DNA of 62,944 nucleotides, counting the filler, from Collodictyon triciliatum (taxonomy: Eukaryota), in the NCBI GenBank assembly GCA_043381765.1. It is 4 parts of 4 records of this genome, joined end to end, with 100 filler letters (N's around TTAATTAATTAA, not from the genome) between each part and the next. Parts side by side here need not be neighbours in the genome. Positions count along the whole stretch, not along the records: positions 16,309 to 32,510 come from JBHJMP010001569.1; positions 32,611 to 60,023 come from JBHJMP010001570.1; 2 more parts are not named here. One strand, 5' to 3'. Shown here piece by piece: positions 30,521 to 42,804 of the stretch (position 1 is the first letter of the stretch; each line of letters begins with the position of its first letter). A program made the position numbers and the translations under genes. The notes beneath the pieces are model-generated. The model was not told the origin of the DNA and did not search any database. It worked only from the letters and a program-made list of their open reading frames with translations.

Positions 30521-31368
30521 TCAGAGTCGCGCTGCTCTCAAGCCGGGGCGGTGCTAGCATGGTTTCACAACAGGGGGTGCAAAAATGAGTTGAAAGACCA
30601 AAGTACAAGACAAAGCAGGACCGTGTGTCTGGGGCAAAACATAAAGGGGACAAAGAGCAGTGGCTCCAATACTCTCATTGGTGAGACTAAAATTGCAGAG
30701 TCGGTGGGTCGGACAGAGCAGTTGCTGTGGGAACACCACTTGGAAGGGAGAAAAAAAAAAGCGGTGATCTGAGACACTATGCAAACGCAGGATCGCAAGC
30801 ATGTGCCAAAGGGCAGATATTAACGCTGTACTTTCGTGAGATATTTGGTTGCGAGAGACCTCGCTGATAGAAATCCTTATTGCCAAATTGTTCTCTGCGC
30901 GAACCTGGGAAAGGGAGTGGATCGTGCGTCGGTGCGGCAAAGATCGTGGTATCGATACCACCATCCGCAACGACTGCCATATGTGGAATGTTATTTTCGG
31001 GATCGTCTGTCCAGTTGTCTTTGGTTGCTTGTCGTCATCTGGCGGTTTATTCTGGGACTTTGGAAGATCCGATCGACACACCCCTTCGAGCGCGCAAGCA
31101 GATGGATGCCAATTTTTTTTTTTTATCACGCGAGAAAGAAGCCGAGGGGAGGAAAGGTAGTCATGCGGGTGTTTTGATGGTGTGAGAATAGAGAAAGAGA
31201 AAAGGGCTGGTTAACCGGAGCTCCCAAAAGTGGCGGTACAAGCAAAACTTGCCCCAACCCCTTGATAGGAGATAAACAAGGCGAGGTGATGTACATTCTT
31301 GCGAACCCGACACAAAAGCTGCTATGGATAGACGACGCGTGTGACCTGAGAAGGGTTTCTGAGATTCG

Positions 31369-32319
31369 TCAAAGATTCGGCGGGTCTGCCGCACTGTCTG
31401 CGAATGCTTGACTAAAGTTGTCAAGGAAAGACTCTTGGGACGGGATTGTGTCTGGTCGCTGGTGCGATTCTGGTGCTGATACAGAAAGATGTGGATTTGT
31501 CTGGTTGGCATCATGCGCTTCCATGCACCCACCCACGCAATGCCCATCGGCTGTGAAACCGTGATGTATCCGAGCAAGTTCTTGATAGCGGCACAGAAGG
31601 GTTTCCACCAGCTCAAACTCTGCGCTTGTAAGGGAGAGGCGAAAGGAAAGATCGACAAAGAGGGCACACTCTGCTCGATTGAGGGTGTGTATGGGGACAT
31701 GGGCAAGCTTTGCAAAGGCTCCGTTGTCAAAAGGCTGGTCTTGTGTGTACTTGCAAGCCAGCAGAATCAGGGGTGGCCACCAGTCCATCGGGTCGCCCGA
31801 CAAAGGCCACTGGATTTCGCCACGGCTGCTCGAGTGCCTAGCTTTCTGATGCAGTCGCATGGCATAGCACAGAGCAACACGAAGCTCCGTCCCGCCGCAG
31901 ATGTTATGCTTCTTCAGGCCCGAGTGAAAGCCAGAAACGGAGGCTGTCCTTTGCTGAAAAGGAAGTCCGCATGGCTTCTGACTCGCACCAACCATTTTCT
32001 CTTCACGCAGATGGGCGAGGTGGGTGAGGATATCTGGCGCAACTAGCCAGACGGGGTCGCAAGGCTCAGACGCGATTATGGGAGTATTTGTGGATGCGCA
32101 TGGGCAGGGTTTAGGAAGCGCGCGAGATGTAAAGGCCAGTTTGTGGAAGGAGCAGTTCGCACTGGAGAATAGGCGCACAAGCGTGTGTACAAGTGGCAAG
32201 ACAAGGCCGTGGAGAAGTGCGAGCGCTTGTCGGTGAAGCGGTTCTGCCTGTGGGAGGCGCCTGCTGTCCAGACGGACAGTGAGGCTAAGGCGCTGCTCGG
32301 AGTCTCTGTCGTGCGACAT
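31369..32319 (-). CDS. PHO80/PCL/CYCU-type cyclin-domain protein (no intron seen; start uncertain, next to a gap)
   Basis: LRVALCYAMRL...LILLACKYTQDQPFDNGAFAKLAHVPIHTLNRAECALFVDLSFRLSLTSAEF matches the PHO80-like cyclin box (LAxKxxxDxxxxNxxxA...LNxxExxxLxxLxFxL). Confidence 0.8.
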   Translation of the reverse strand: MSHDRDSEQRLSLTVRLDSRRLPQAEPLHRQALALLHGLVLPLVHTLVRLFSSANCSFHKLAFTSRALPKPCPCASTNTPIIASEPCDPVWLVAPDILTHLAHLREEKMVGASQKPCGLPFQQRTASVSGFHSGLKKHNICGGTELRVALCYAMRLHQKARHSSSRGEIQWPLSGDPMDWWPPLILLACKYTQDQPFDNGAFAKLAHVPIHTLNRAECALFVDLSFRLSLTSAEFELVETLLCRYQELARIHHGFTADGHCVGGCMEAHDANQTNPHLSVSAPESHQRPDTIPSQESFLDNFSQAFADSAADPPNL

Positions 32320-32399
32320 ACCCACGGTGCTTGACGGATGATTGTATCTATCTATTCGCATTATGGTTGTTTTCATTTGTCTTCTTTTCTTTTCTTTTT

Positions 32400-32749
32400 T
32401 TGTTTTTTGTTTTGTTTTGTTTTTTGTTTTGTTTTTTGTTTTGTTTTTTGTTTTGTTTTTTGTTTTGTTTTTTGTTTTGTTTTTTGTTTTGTTTTTTGTT
32501 TTGTTTTTTGNNNNNNNNNNNNNNNNNNNNNNNNNNNNNNNNNNNNNNNNNNNNTTAATTAATTAANNNNNNNNNNNNNNNNNNNNNNNNNNNNNNNNNN
32601 NNNNNNNNNNGTTGGTTTTTATGTTGGTTTTTTATGTTGGTTTTTTATGTTGGTTTTTTATGTTGGTTTTTTATGTTGGTTTTTTATGTTGGTTTTTTAT
32701 GTTGGTTTTTTATGTTGGTTTTTTATGTTGGTTTTTATGTTGGTTTTTT
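32400..32749. repeat. T-rich 12-mer (TTTTGTTTTTTG) and 13-mer (GTTGGTTTTTTAT) arrays flanking a linker
   Basis: Visible tandem arrays with different units on either side of the N linker. Confidence 0.85.
32511..32610. other. Artificial 100-nt scaffold linker
   Basis: N44-TTAATTAATTAA-N44. Confidence 0.95.
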
Positions 32750-33244
32750 AGGTCATGCTCGTTGCCCTGCTATCCCATTCATTCCCCCGTGGTTTCCTGT
32801 CCATTCACAACGAGGCCTTTGATTTTGAAGCTGAGCAAGGGCGGCGTTGATTGATCGTTGAGGAGCAAAAGAAAAAAAGTAGCTTCAATAGAAATTATTC
32901 ATTTCTGGAATTAAATATAAATGCTATAAAATACATATTAATTCTGTATTTGATTCATGGTGTATACAATATAAATAAATTGTTACAAAAAGGTATAAGT
33001 TTACAAATCAGTTACGAAAGCGGCTGTCTGCAGCACTTCAAGCGAGTATTCGCCGAAGACGAAGGGAAGCGTTTGGCACAAACGGAAGGCTTTAAGAGTG
33101 AAAACTCTGCTGCAAAGATGGACAAAAAGCCGCACAAGAAAATCGCAGCAGAAGCGAAAGCAAAGACCAGTCATCCTATTTGTTTGGGCTGAGGGAAAAG
33201 AAAGCACCGCGAACCCAAGGACACAGCAGCACGCAATCAACACT

Positions 33245-35890
33245 ATGGAGCCCCTTGTATTAGCCAAGTTTGTCCCAGAAAAGGTATAACTCCATGGCAC
33301 GTTTTTAAGTTGTTTTGTGGGGTATTTCAATGGTGTGCCTAGGCGAAGTAAAACAAAAACAAAATTACAACCTTCCATGCGGCTCAAAATCCTTTCGTGC
33401 TCCCATAGACCCTCTCCAAAGCCATCATATACCAACGAGATGGGATGGTACATTCGTGGGACAACACAAGCGGCATTTTCCGCGCCACCGTCCAAGGAGC
33501 TGAAGTGTACCATGTAAACGGGAGAATCGAACGCTCAAGGCTTCTCGAATGGCACTGCACTTGTCAGGCATCCTCAAAAGGAGTGTGCAAACATGTCGCT
33601 GCTGCGCTGATCCACGGTTCCCGAGCCAATAAATCTCCAGTGCAGCAAAAGGCCCCAATCGTCCAGCATTATGTATGTATTTATCAATTCATCCGTGGAA
33701 ACGTGCAGATAATTGCCATATTCGCCGTAGGAGTCGATATTTAGGATGGCTTGTACTTATATAGCATCAAGAGCCTAGAGGGCGTTGCCTTTGAAATGTG
33801 CTGACTCATGATTTATGATTGCATAATAGAAAATGGAGAAACCTTCCACATCTCCGTCAGGATTGAAGCACACCGCAGTCGCAACCTACTCCAGAAGTCC
33901 ACCCGTTCCCCAATCTCGGTCGCCAGCGTCAGTTGCCATGGCATCGATGGGGACCAAGCAGAGCACGGCAGTATTACATGAGGAACCTCGCGCTTACGTT
34001 AAACGAGATGATTTGAATACAAGGGAGGAGGCAAGGCATACCAGTGTTCAGCCTAATCTTGAACAAAGCCTCTACCCTCAGGAAAATTCATCTAGAAGCT
34101 TGGTCATAAAGTGAGGCTCCCATCAGTACCTCGCAATTCACATCAAAAGGCTGTCAGCCATATTAACTCTTAAGGTAAAATGTAGAATGCATAATATAAA
34201 TAAAAAAAATCTCATAGGGATGGCCAACGCATACCGCGTCGAAAATTGACCTTCGAGGAGAATGGTGCGAGAGAAGTAAGGCGCCTTTACTCGGTTGAGC
34301 ATGAAGCGAATGATGAAGCTTCGAAACCCCCAACTAAAAGACAGCGCTACTATATCCTGGACGAACCAGAAGAGGAGCCCCAACAACGCATCATATGTAC
34401 ATCTCACACATAGTGATAAATGAGAAGGAACATATTTGTGATTTAGGTTGTGGGTGTGTCTTGCACAGTTTTTATTGTCACATTATATCTTATTCACTTG
34501 AAGTTAACCAAATTAGCCAGGGGCGGACTATATCACCCGGAGCAGTACGAAGATAATATCGCCGGAAGGCAAGGCACTACACTTCTTGCTGACACACCAA
34601 ACTCACGACACCATAACAGAGTTCCAGTTGAGAGCCCCCGACCAGAAAGAAACTATGACTTAACTGCAAGGAAAGGGTATGCAACCATAACATAGCATTC
34701 ACCATTTTTATGTAATGACCAATGGTTTCGAATTGAATGCTGATGAACACTTGCTAACATTATTCCTCTTTTTTTCTTTTTTCTTTTCTTTTTCCTTTTT
34801 ATAAGGGATATGCACCACACTCACCCAATCACACCACCGAGAGGACACTTGGGAGGGCTCATTCGTGATTCCGAATCTGTGCTCGAGGTGTTTTGGGAGC
34901 GGATGCGAAAGTCAACGGTATTACCATATCTATGGAGCGAAGCACATATCCTTTTTTTTATTTAATTCACTCTGTTAAAGTACCTATTATATATTTTTCT
35001 TCATATACACAAAAAAAATTACTTTGCTTCGTTTTTTTTCCTATTCAATCAATGTCCCTTTCTTTCGTAAAATTGTGAGTGTGTTTACAAATATATTTCA
35101 ATATTTTAATGACTTGCCAACAAAGGCATGAAATAAGGATTATGAAAATGAAAATGATAAAGCCTTGTACAACAAATAACATCGACTACAACCCCCCAGC
35201 AGAAAGGGAATCCAATCTTCAGTGCCCACGTCGAGAGCCAAGGGACAGAGACAAACGTGGATGTTTCATTCGAACCATTCCACGCAATCAAGAGCCGCAG
35301 CCCATCAGCCATCACAAAAGAAGCAACAGCACACCAAATCACACCTGACAATGCAGACGACCACGCGTATTATCGCCACCAACAGCATCAAAAGCACCAA
35401 CAACACACGCAGGACCGCATCATGCAGAGCGCAGACTCGACCAGGGGAACGATGGGCACATACGCAGACAATGTCGTCGGAGTAAATGCACGCCGTCCAA
35501 AGTGGTTTGACCCGGAGGACATCGTTGTGCGGAGGTAGGTTTCTAAGTCGAATACTCTTGTTTTTTTTCTTTTTCTTTTTCTTTTTCTTTTTCTTTTTCT
35601 TTTTCTTTTTCATCTTTTTTTCTTCTGCACGTGAATTACTCATGTTTGTTGTCAGCCACTGTGTCACCAATATCTACGATTGACCATCGTTTTCAAAGGC
35701 CGTATTGGCTCAACCAAAGAATTTGCAGAGCACTAGAACAGAGTATCTTCACACCATCATGACTCTATCTTTTTCGTGCATCCACAGAGACCTGCCGAAT
35801 TCTGCTCGGCGATATGCGCCCGCGCCAGAACACACCCACCGCCGCCCGGTCTGTGTAGCAGAGCAGCACTACGCCCACGATTATGAGTAA
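33245..35890 (+). CDS. SWIM zinc-finger protein with a long low-complexity C-terminus (about 8 exons)
   Basis: MEPLVLAKFVPEK|TLSKAIIYQRDGMVHSW...FRATVQGAEVYHV...WHCTCQASSKGVCKHVAAALI (CxC-x7-CxH SWIM). Downstream exons are P/S/R/Q-rich and their boundaries are less certain. Confidence 0.75.
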
Positions 35891-36027
35891 TGTCGCACAT
35901 CCCTGCTGCGCAAAGCGCGTGCAGAAAACAAGACCCATAAAACAAATATATTGTCTCCGTTAAGAAAAATAATCATGGAGCGATGGTAAATAATCTAAAT
36001 CGAAGGTAACCCTTTTGTTCTTGGATG

Positions 36028-36440
36028 TTTTTTTTTCTTACCTCTTCACTGGCCATCGTTTGCATGGGCGCTACCTGGTGGCCGGGTGGCGGAGAAGTGG
36101 TCGGTAATTAGCAATTGCATCCTGCGCTTTGGTCTGCAGCCTGGGTCTTGCGCTTGCATGAGAGAGACCAGGCAAGGTTTAATCTCCTTCTCAGGCTCTT
36201 TCCACATGTCTCTTCTCACAGGGTCTGAGTAATGGAGAATATGCAGGTGGCAAAGAAGGTGTTGAGGAAAGAGATTTGTATGATGACATTCAATTTGTTA
36301 TCAGGAATGGGTGGCTGGTTGTTGAGTCTTGCTTTGCGTGAGTATAGGCGTGCTATCCACATAGTCCATAGCAAATGGCCTCGCGTCGCTGCCCACAGCG
36401 TTTCGTTTTGTTGCAGTTGATATGCAAAAAGGTGTCGCAA
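36028..36440 (-). mobile_element. 3' terminal fragment of an L1/Tx1-like non-LTR retrotransposon (frameshifted, short A-tract)
   Basis: LWAATRGHLLWTMWIARLYSR...ISFLNTFF/HLHILHYSDPVRRDMW...QLLITDHF is homologous to the 43766-44464 ORF. One frameshift near 36252, TGA at 36048-36046, then an A9 tract at 36036-36028. Confidence 0.8.
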
Positions 36441-36762
36441 TTATATCTGTGTTTCATGTAAAGTATCACGTGAATAGATCAACTGATTCATTTCATCACC
36501 TTCTTCACACGCGCACAAAAAAAAAAAATTATTATTATTATCCAGCTCATTAGACTCTCGCAATCCTCCACTCACGACCATCCTGCACTCGCTCGCACCT
36601 AAGCACCTTTCTTTCTACTTTGTGTGGTATTCCCTCATCGCAGCCTTTTTAAAACAAAGCTTCACAGTGCCGTCCACAAAACACACAAAAGACACAACCC
36701 AGTCCACTCGCCCTCACAGCCTCGGAATCCGCCCAAACCGACTCCACTACCCCTTTCCTTGG

Positions 36763-38779
36763 ATGTCCGACCACAACGCGCTTTTAGAGAAGCTGCGGAA
36801 AATCACAGAGGATGAGGACGTCGAAACTCTTAAAGCCCGCACCTTGCTGGATCTTCGAGAAAGGAGTATGATATCGCTTCCTCTCGGTGTCTTTGAGTTG
36901 GACCGTTTGGTTCGGCTGGAACTTTACCTGAATGCACTGTCTTCAATCCCTCCAGAAATATCGCGTGTGACTGGTCTTACACATGTCGATGCAAACTACA
37001 ATCAGTTGTCTTCGCTCCCACAAGAAATATCGTGTTTGACCGGCCTTATACACCTTGCTGTCAGTTCTAATCAATTGTCATCGCTTCCACCAGAAATATC
37101 GTGCTTGACTGGTCTTACATATTTGTGTGTCCACAACAATAGGCTTTCAATGCTATCTTCAGGAATCTCATGTTTGACTAGCCTTTCATACATTGATATT
37201 AGTGATAATAGACTCTCTTCGCTACCACCAGAAATATCACACTTGAGTGCAGTTACACATCTGGCTGTCAGTTCTAACAGATTTTCATCACTTTCATCAG
37301 AAATATCTTGTTTGACTGGTCTCATGTATCTAGCTGTACACAACAATAAGATGTCGGTATTGCCACCAGAAATATCGTGCTTGACTGGTCTCACATGCCT
37401 TGATGCGAGTTACAATGACCTACCATCTCTAACTCCAGATATATCTTGTTTGACCAGTCTTTGGCATCTGGATGTTAGTGACAATCAATTTTCGTCACTT
37501 CCACAAGAAATATCATGTTTGTCGGCTATCACATGTGTTGATGTGCGTAATAATGAATTGTCATCGCTTCCACAAGAAATATCGTGCTTGGCCAGTCTCA
37601 ATGATATTGATGTTCGTGGCAACCAACTATCATCACTGCCTCCAGAAATAATGCATTGGACTGGTCTTACATGTCTTAAGCTCAGTTATAATCAGTTGCC
37701 ATCATTGCCTCCACAAATCTCCTGCCTGACTAGGCTCTTGAGTTTAAATGTAGATGCTACTCCGGTGAGTTTAAAATATAGTCGTAGTAGATATCAGAAG
37801 AGACTCTCCATAAAAAAAAATTGCCTGTAGATGGAAGAGCTTCCACAGCAAATTGCAGAGCTCACCAATCTCAAAGAGCTCTGGATAAAAGGCAGAGGAC
37901 AACAGTCGATTCAGAGGGCTCCACTGGGCATCACAAATATACCGTGCTGGAGCAACACCGGACATAGTGAGTACAAACTCATTCGCGCGCTTCAGCTCTA
38001 CGAATCGGTAAATCATTCAATATATGCATGACACGACTATATTTTCTACAAATCTCATCTTTTGGTCACATTAAAAAAGCTGAATATAAGATAGAAATAA
38101 AGAATAAAAGATGGACTTGTGTGTAGATTGAATCGGTAGCACAGCCAGGATGGATACCAACCGCGCAGCAAATCCTCATCAAAAGCTTGAGCCTGTATAG
38201 AATGAGCCTCTGGACGTTACCTGAGAGCATCACACTCCTACAAACCTTGAGCTACTTATGTCTTGCGAGAAACCGCGTAATTTTCTTTGATGACGAGACT
38301 TTATCTCAGAAAATGGACTCATCTTGATAAAATAGCTTACTGATGTCCCTGCGTGCGTGCTTCGCCTGACTTTGTTAAAGCAACTCGACTTATCCAACAA
38401 CAAGGTAAAGCACGAATCTTGAGACACCGTCGGTGAGCATGAATCTGTTAGGACTGTAATCTTTTCGGTCATATCAAACAAGATGTAAAGAATGATGCAT
38501 CATCAACCAGATAACAACCATCCCTGACGCCATCGATCGACTGTGCAATCTTGAAATGCTGGATGTCTCCAACAATAAGGTGAGGCAGATTACACGATAC
38601 CCAAGAGTCAAGGATTAGAATCGATATCTGATTACTTTTCATTTTATCAAGAATCAAAGTAACGATTTTTCTTTTTTGTAAAATACGGCTGTACTTTTTC
38701 CCTCTTTTTTTTTCTGTATTATTTGAAACGGGGATGGTAGATAACGCAGCTGGCACGGTTCGATGGAAGCTTAGATTAG
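36763..38779 (+). CDS. Long leucine-rich-repeat protein (exons 36763-37764, 37831-38007, 38127-38276, 38336-38404, 38511-38579, tentative 38741-38779)
   Basis: Thirteen tandem 23-aa LRRs of consensus LTxLxVxxNxLSSLPPEISCLTG in exon 1, further LRRs in later exons; all introns are phase 0. Confidence 0.88.
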
Positions 38780-39129
38780 AGAAAGTAGGGAGAGTGAAGA
38801 GCAAAAGGATAGGACTTTATCTAGAACTAGTCGAGTAATACAATAAAAGAGGGGAAAGGCCATCATCATTATCTTGCTTACAGAGTTATTTATTTATTTT
38901 ATTTATTCATATGAGGAAGGCGGAAAGCATTTTTGCTAGGGAGACGTTTAGCTGTATTTTCGAACACAGGCGACAGTTAGAGTCATCCGCGTCTACCAGA
39001 TTTAAGATATTTATTAACATCAGCATGCACTCACATAATATCAAAGAATAGAGATGACACAGAAATCTTATTCGGTTAGCAACAACAACAAATATATATA
39101 TATAACTAACAGGCCAACAACATTAATAT

Positions 39130-40420
39130 CCCAAGATGCTCGATATGAATCACTAAGAGATCGAAATAGAAAATCAGGATATTCACAAATACCGTGAAAA
39201 ATGGGAAGCGAGATACTTGCGAGACTTTGAGCAGATGGATAAATGGTTGTTTGGACTAGGAAAGGAAAAAGAAAAGACCATGTATCCTTCCTGCACACCA
39301 TCTGCGGACATGCAGCATTTATTACCTCGCAACAACAAAAAGAACACCCACGACTTCTTCTCAAAGATGTGGCCAAGACAAGACTATGATGCTGCTACTC
39401 TCGAGCTTATCACCACAAACTGCTCCAATGCTTCACCCTCGCAAGCAGCCAGCATGATGGCACCAATAGATGCAGGCGAATTGTGGAAAGCGGTCAAGTC
39501 GCTGCACAACGGAAAGGCACCAGGTTCAGACAGGCTGCCCAACGGAATATACTCTGCTTTCTTTAATGAAGTCAAGGCGTCCTTGGTAGCTTTTCTGAAT
39601 GGAATCATGTCTGGTGGCGACCTACCGCAAGGATTTACAGAGGCCACGATGAGGCTGATACCAAAGAAAGGAAACTGGAGCAATCTCACAGACTGGCTAC
39701 CGATAACGCTGTTGAATAGCGACTATAAGATATTCACGACGCTACTTAGAAATCGCATATCACCCATCGCTGACAAACTCCTATCCAAAGAGCAGATTGG
39801 CTTCATTAACGGAAGGAACATCGACACAAACATCTGGGTTGTCAACAAAGAGCACATGGAATATCAAATAAGCGGACACCCCGCGCTATGATTTTCTACG
39901 ACCTGGAGAAAGCATATGACTATGTAAACCAAGAAGCACTGGAAACCATCCTACATAAAAGAGGCTTCTGTACAGGATTCACCAGTCTTATCAAGAAATT
40001 GCACGACAATGCAACAGCGAGGGTACTCACGGCACACGGACCTACGGATGCAATCCAAAGACAGAGCGGGGTGTATCAAGGCTGCCCACTTGCACCACTG
40101 CTCCTCAACCTCGTCGCTGGCTGCCTTGCAAACCACTTCCGAAACGAAAACAAGGTGCGCAACCAACTGCTACTTCAATATGCAGACGACACAGCATTCA
40201 TCTTGCGGTCTCCCGAAGGCGCCATACTCGCTAACACATGCATGCAAGAATACACACGAGCTGCCGGCAGAAAATCAACCACGACAAGGCAGATGGAATT
40301 CTTTTTGGTTTTCAGGATGGACTTATGTTTCCAGGGAACATCGTGTGGAAGCCACCGTCACAATCACTCAAGTATCTTGGCATCATCTTCGGTCCACAAT
40401 CGGATAACTAATCTGTGACA
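39130..40420 (+). mobile_element. Degenerate L1/Tx1-like non-LTR retrotransposon reverse-transcriptase region
   Basis: GKAPGSDRLP, LIPKKG...WLPITLLNSDYKIF, EQIGFINGRNI, DLEKAYD, GVYQGCPLAPLL, QYADDT, KINHDK, KYLGI. Frameshifts near 39888 and 40270; no endonuclease or 3' domain attached. Confidence 0.92.
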
Positions 40421-41400
40421 GTTTGGGCAATCACCAAATGGTATCTGCTTTGGGTTCTTCTGGAGTTTGCACACAACTAATTGCAGCACTCTCTTAAAGC
40501 ATATACCAAGGCGCAGATGCCCAAATATTTTTTTGATCCAAAATTTTCAATTGCTCGACTGAAAAATCCTTTTTTTTCCTGCTTCTGGGACAACCAGCGT
40601 GGTGAATCGTGTGTAATAGTAAGGTGTGTTGCATATTATGTCTTATGGGCAATATCCAGTGGAGTTTTGAGCAACACTTTACATACCTGCAAGCGCTGAA
40701 GTCTTATTTCAGCCTTGTTTGTATACCAAGTAACACCAGGAGCTTTGATTCTTGTTTTTAATAATGTAGACCTTTGCCTTTGCGACATGTAGATGTTGGT
40801 TAGTGAAGGTCTTTTTGTGTCTTTTGACGGTCGGATAATCCTTGTAGTCCTATTAGTTCTAAATCTTGTGCGAATGTCCTCTTTTTGAATGACTTTGAGA
40901 CCTTCTCTAGTCTTTTGAGAAGATTGTTACCTCAGATCTCAATTGCATGGTAGGGTTTTTTGCGGTTTTGGATCTTTTTGATTCCTTAGAGGTGCGTATG
41001 GCTGGAAAGTTGTATCCCTTCGCAATCACCCAAGCACCGCGCTGACTCATTGTTCCCTTCACATAGTTTCATATAAGGTATGTTTGACTCGCAGAACGCC
41101 AACCCACAATCCTTCTGGATAAAAGCGCGATGCCAGCAGACAGCTTTCAAACAGAATAAAAGAACCCGACACAAAACAGAAGACTCCTGTTGCAGGTGGG
41201 TGTTGTAAAAACTAAGGGAACGGAGAAAGTTGAAGTTGGGTTTTGATTTGATGCGACCGCCTTTTCTCACACACATCCACATCGCAAGTTTGTGTTTCTC
41301 AACTGCGTCCCCACGGAGAAACGCTAAAGCATATGAGTTTTTTCTCACTTTTTTTTTTAAAAAAAAACCACAATCATTTCATAGTGCATTATTGAGAGCT

Positions 41401-42069
41401 ATGCAAACCAACGCAGCGAAACCTGAAACCTCTCAAGTAAACACCACGCCGATGGAAGGCGACAAGAAGGCCAAGGTGATAGCTCGAATTGATGACTTTG
41501 ATTTTTCCAAAGCTTTTTATGTTGAAATAGCTAATCAAACATGCATCCTTTAACCTTCACAGGAATTCACCGTCCTGGTCATGATTGCATGTCTGGTTGT
41601 ATCTTTTGGTTCGACAGTCGGTGTTCTCTCTGCAGAGGACCCGAGCAACGACCCCTTAAAAACGGTGCTGGTTATCATGAATATCATTACGGAAATCGCT
41701 TACATGTATTTCCTGTACCATGTAAAATTCTTTGGTGCATCTTTTGATACAAAAAGAGCTGCAGTTTTGATAATGGCCTCATTTTTATTCGCTGTTATCT
41801 CCTTTGCATTATGGCTCGAGCAAGTACCAAAAGAATATGGTTCGGGCCGCTCCAACAATCGCAGCGATAAATCTGTGGATGATGTTCTTGCTTTTATGCA
41901 CTTCTTTTCTCTATTTGGTGCAATGACAGTTCTTGTGTCCCATACTTTCTTGTATTTTATCATGAAGGAAGAAAACCTTGAAGCTCCGCCGCATACCCTG
42001 ACTGAAGATAAAGCAAATTATTCGTATCAACACCCGCCCGGAAAGCTGGCCTACAATCAAATCCCTTAG
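41401..42069 (+). CDS. Four-transmembrane protein of unknown family (2 exons)
   Basis: MQTNAAKPETSQVNTTPMEGDKKAK|EFTVLVMIACLVVSFG...; four hydrophobic segments with a polar loop between TM3 and TM4. Confidence 0.72.
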
Positions 42070-42804
42070 CAGCATAAAAGAGGACGACTTTCAGAGATTG
42101 TAGCATGCTCTTAGTTAAAAAAATCATAAAGTGCAATTGATACCACCATTACATGATACTCTGTGTGTATTATTTTGTAATACTCAGAGCAACATTTCTG
42201 TCGCTGTGAGACTCTTTCGAATGATGCGGCTGTTTCCTTTGAATGCAGATATACGATGGTCTTGAGAGGGACAAATATGAACATCGTGCGTTGATTTTGA
42301 CATCATGCCATTGCACCGAGCAATGAGTGCATATAATGATGATAATCACCCACCAGCAAGATGTTTGGTGGTACGCTTTCTCTGTATATGCCGATGTTTT
42401 TCTTTTCCGGTTTATTCCTCGACCCAAACCCCAGCGGAATGTAATGCTGTTTCTCCCCAATTGGCAATACTTTTGTGGATGTGATTTCCTTGACCGAGCA
42501 TATTGAAAGAAAAGGTATGATTGACTCGCAGAATACGACCACTTCGGATTGCTTTGAAAAAAAAAAAGGCTTGTGTGCCAATCACGAGCATTAGGTATAA
42601 AAAAAAAAGAGTCTCCTCTAGAAATCAGTCAGTCGTAGGGTGGTCAGTATATGTCTGAGTCAACAGAAGAGTTTGTTCTCATTGTCTCTCGTACCCAAGT
42701 GACTCGAACGTTTTTTTATGCGAAAAAACTGTATGTATACACAACAACATGCGGGGTCTGATCTACGCCTTGATTCTCAAAGAAACTTACGTAACTAGCA
42801 ACAG

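Noticed and set aside
30554-31350. Several overlapping 100-190 aa ORFs between CDC50 and the cyclin gene
   Set aside because: No domain or consistent splice pattern; more likely UTR or promoter sequence of moderate GC content.
36950-37740. Regularly spaced conserved DNA core with variable intervening sequence, superficially CRISPR-like
   Set aside because: The 69-nt period is an in-frame coding LRR repeat in a eukaryotic gene; no cas genes are present.
36763-40420. Hypervariable LRR gene next to a reverse transcriptase, suggesting a diversity-generating retroelement
   Set aside because: The RT is a frameshifted L1/Tx1-type LINE enzyme. I saw no template/variable repeat pair and no adenine-specific substitution pattern.
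40680-41350. Minus-strand open stretches with splice-like sites
   Set aside because: No consistent spliced frame or recognisable domain could be built.
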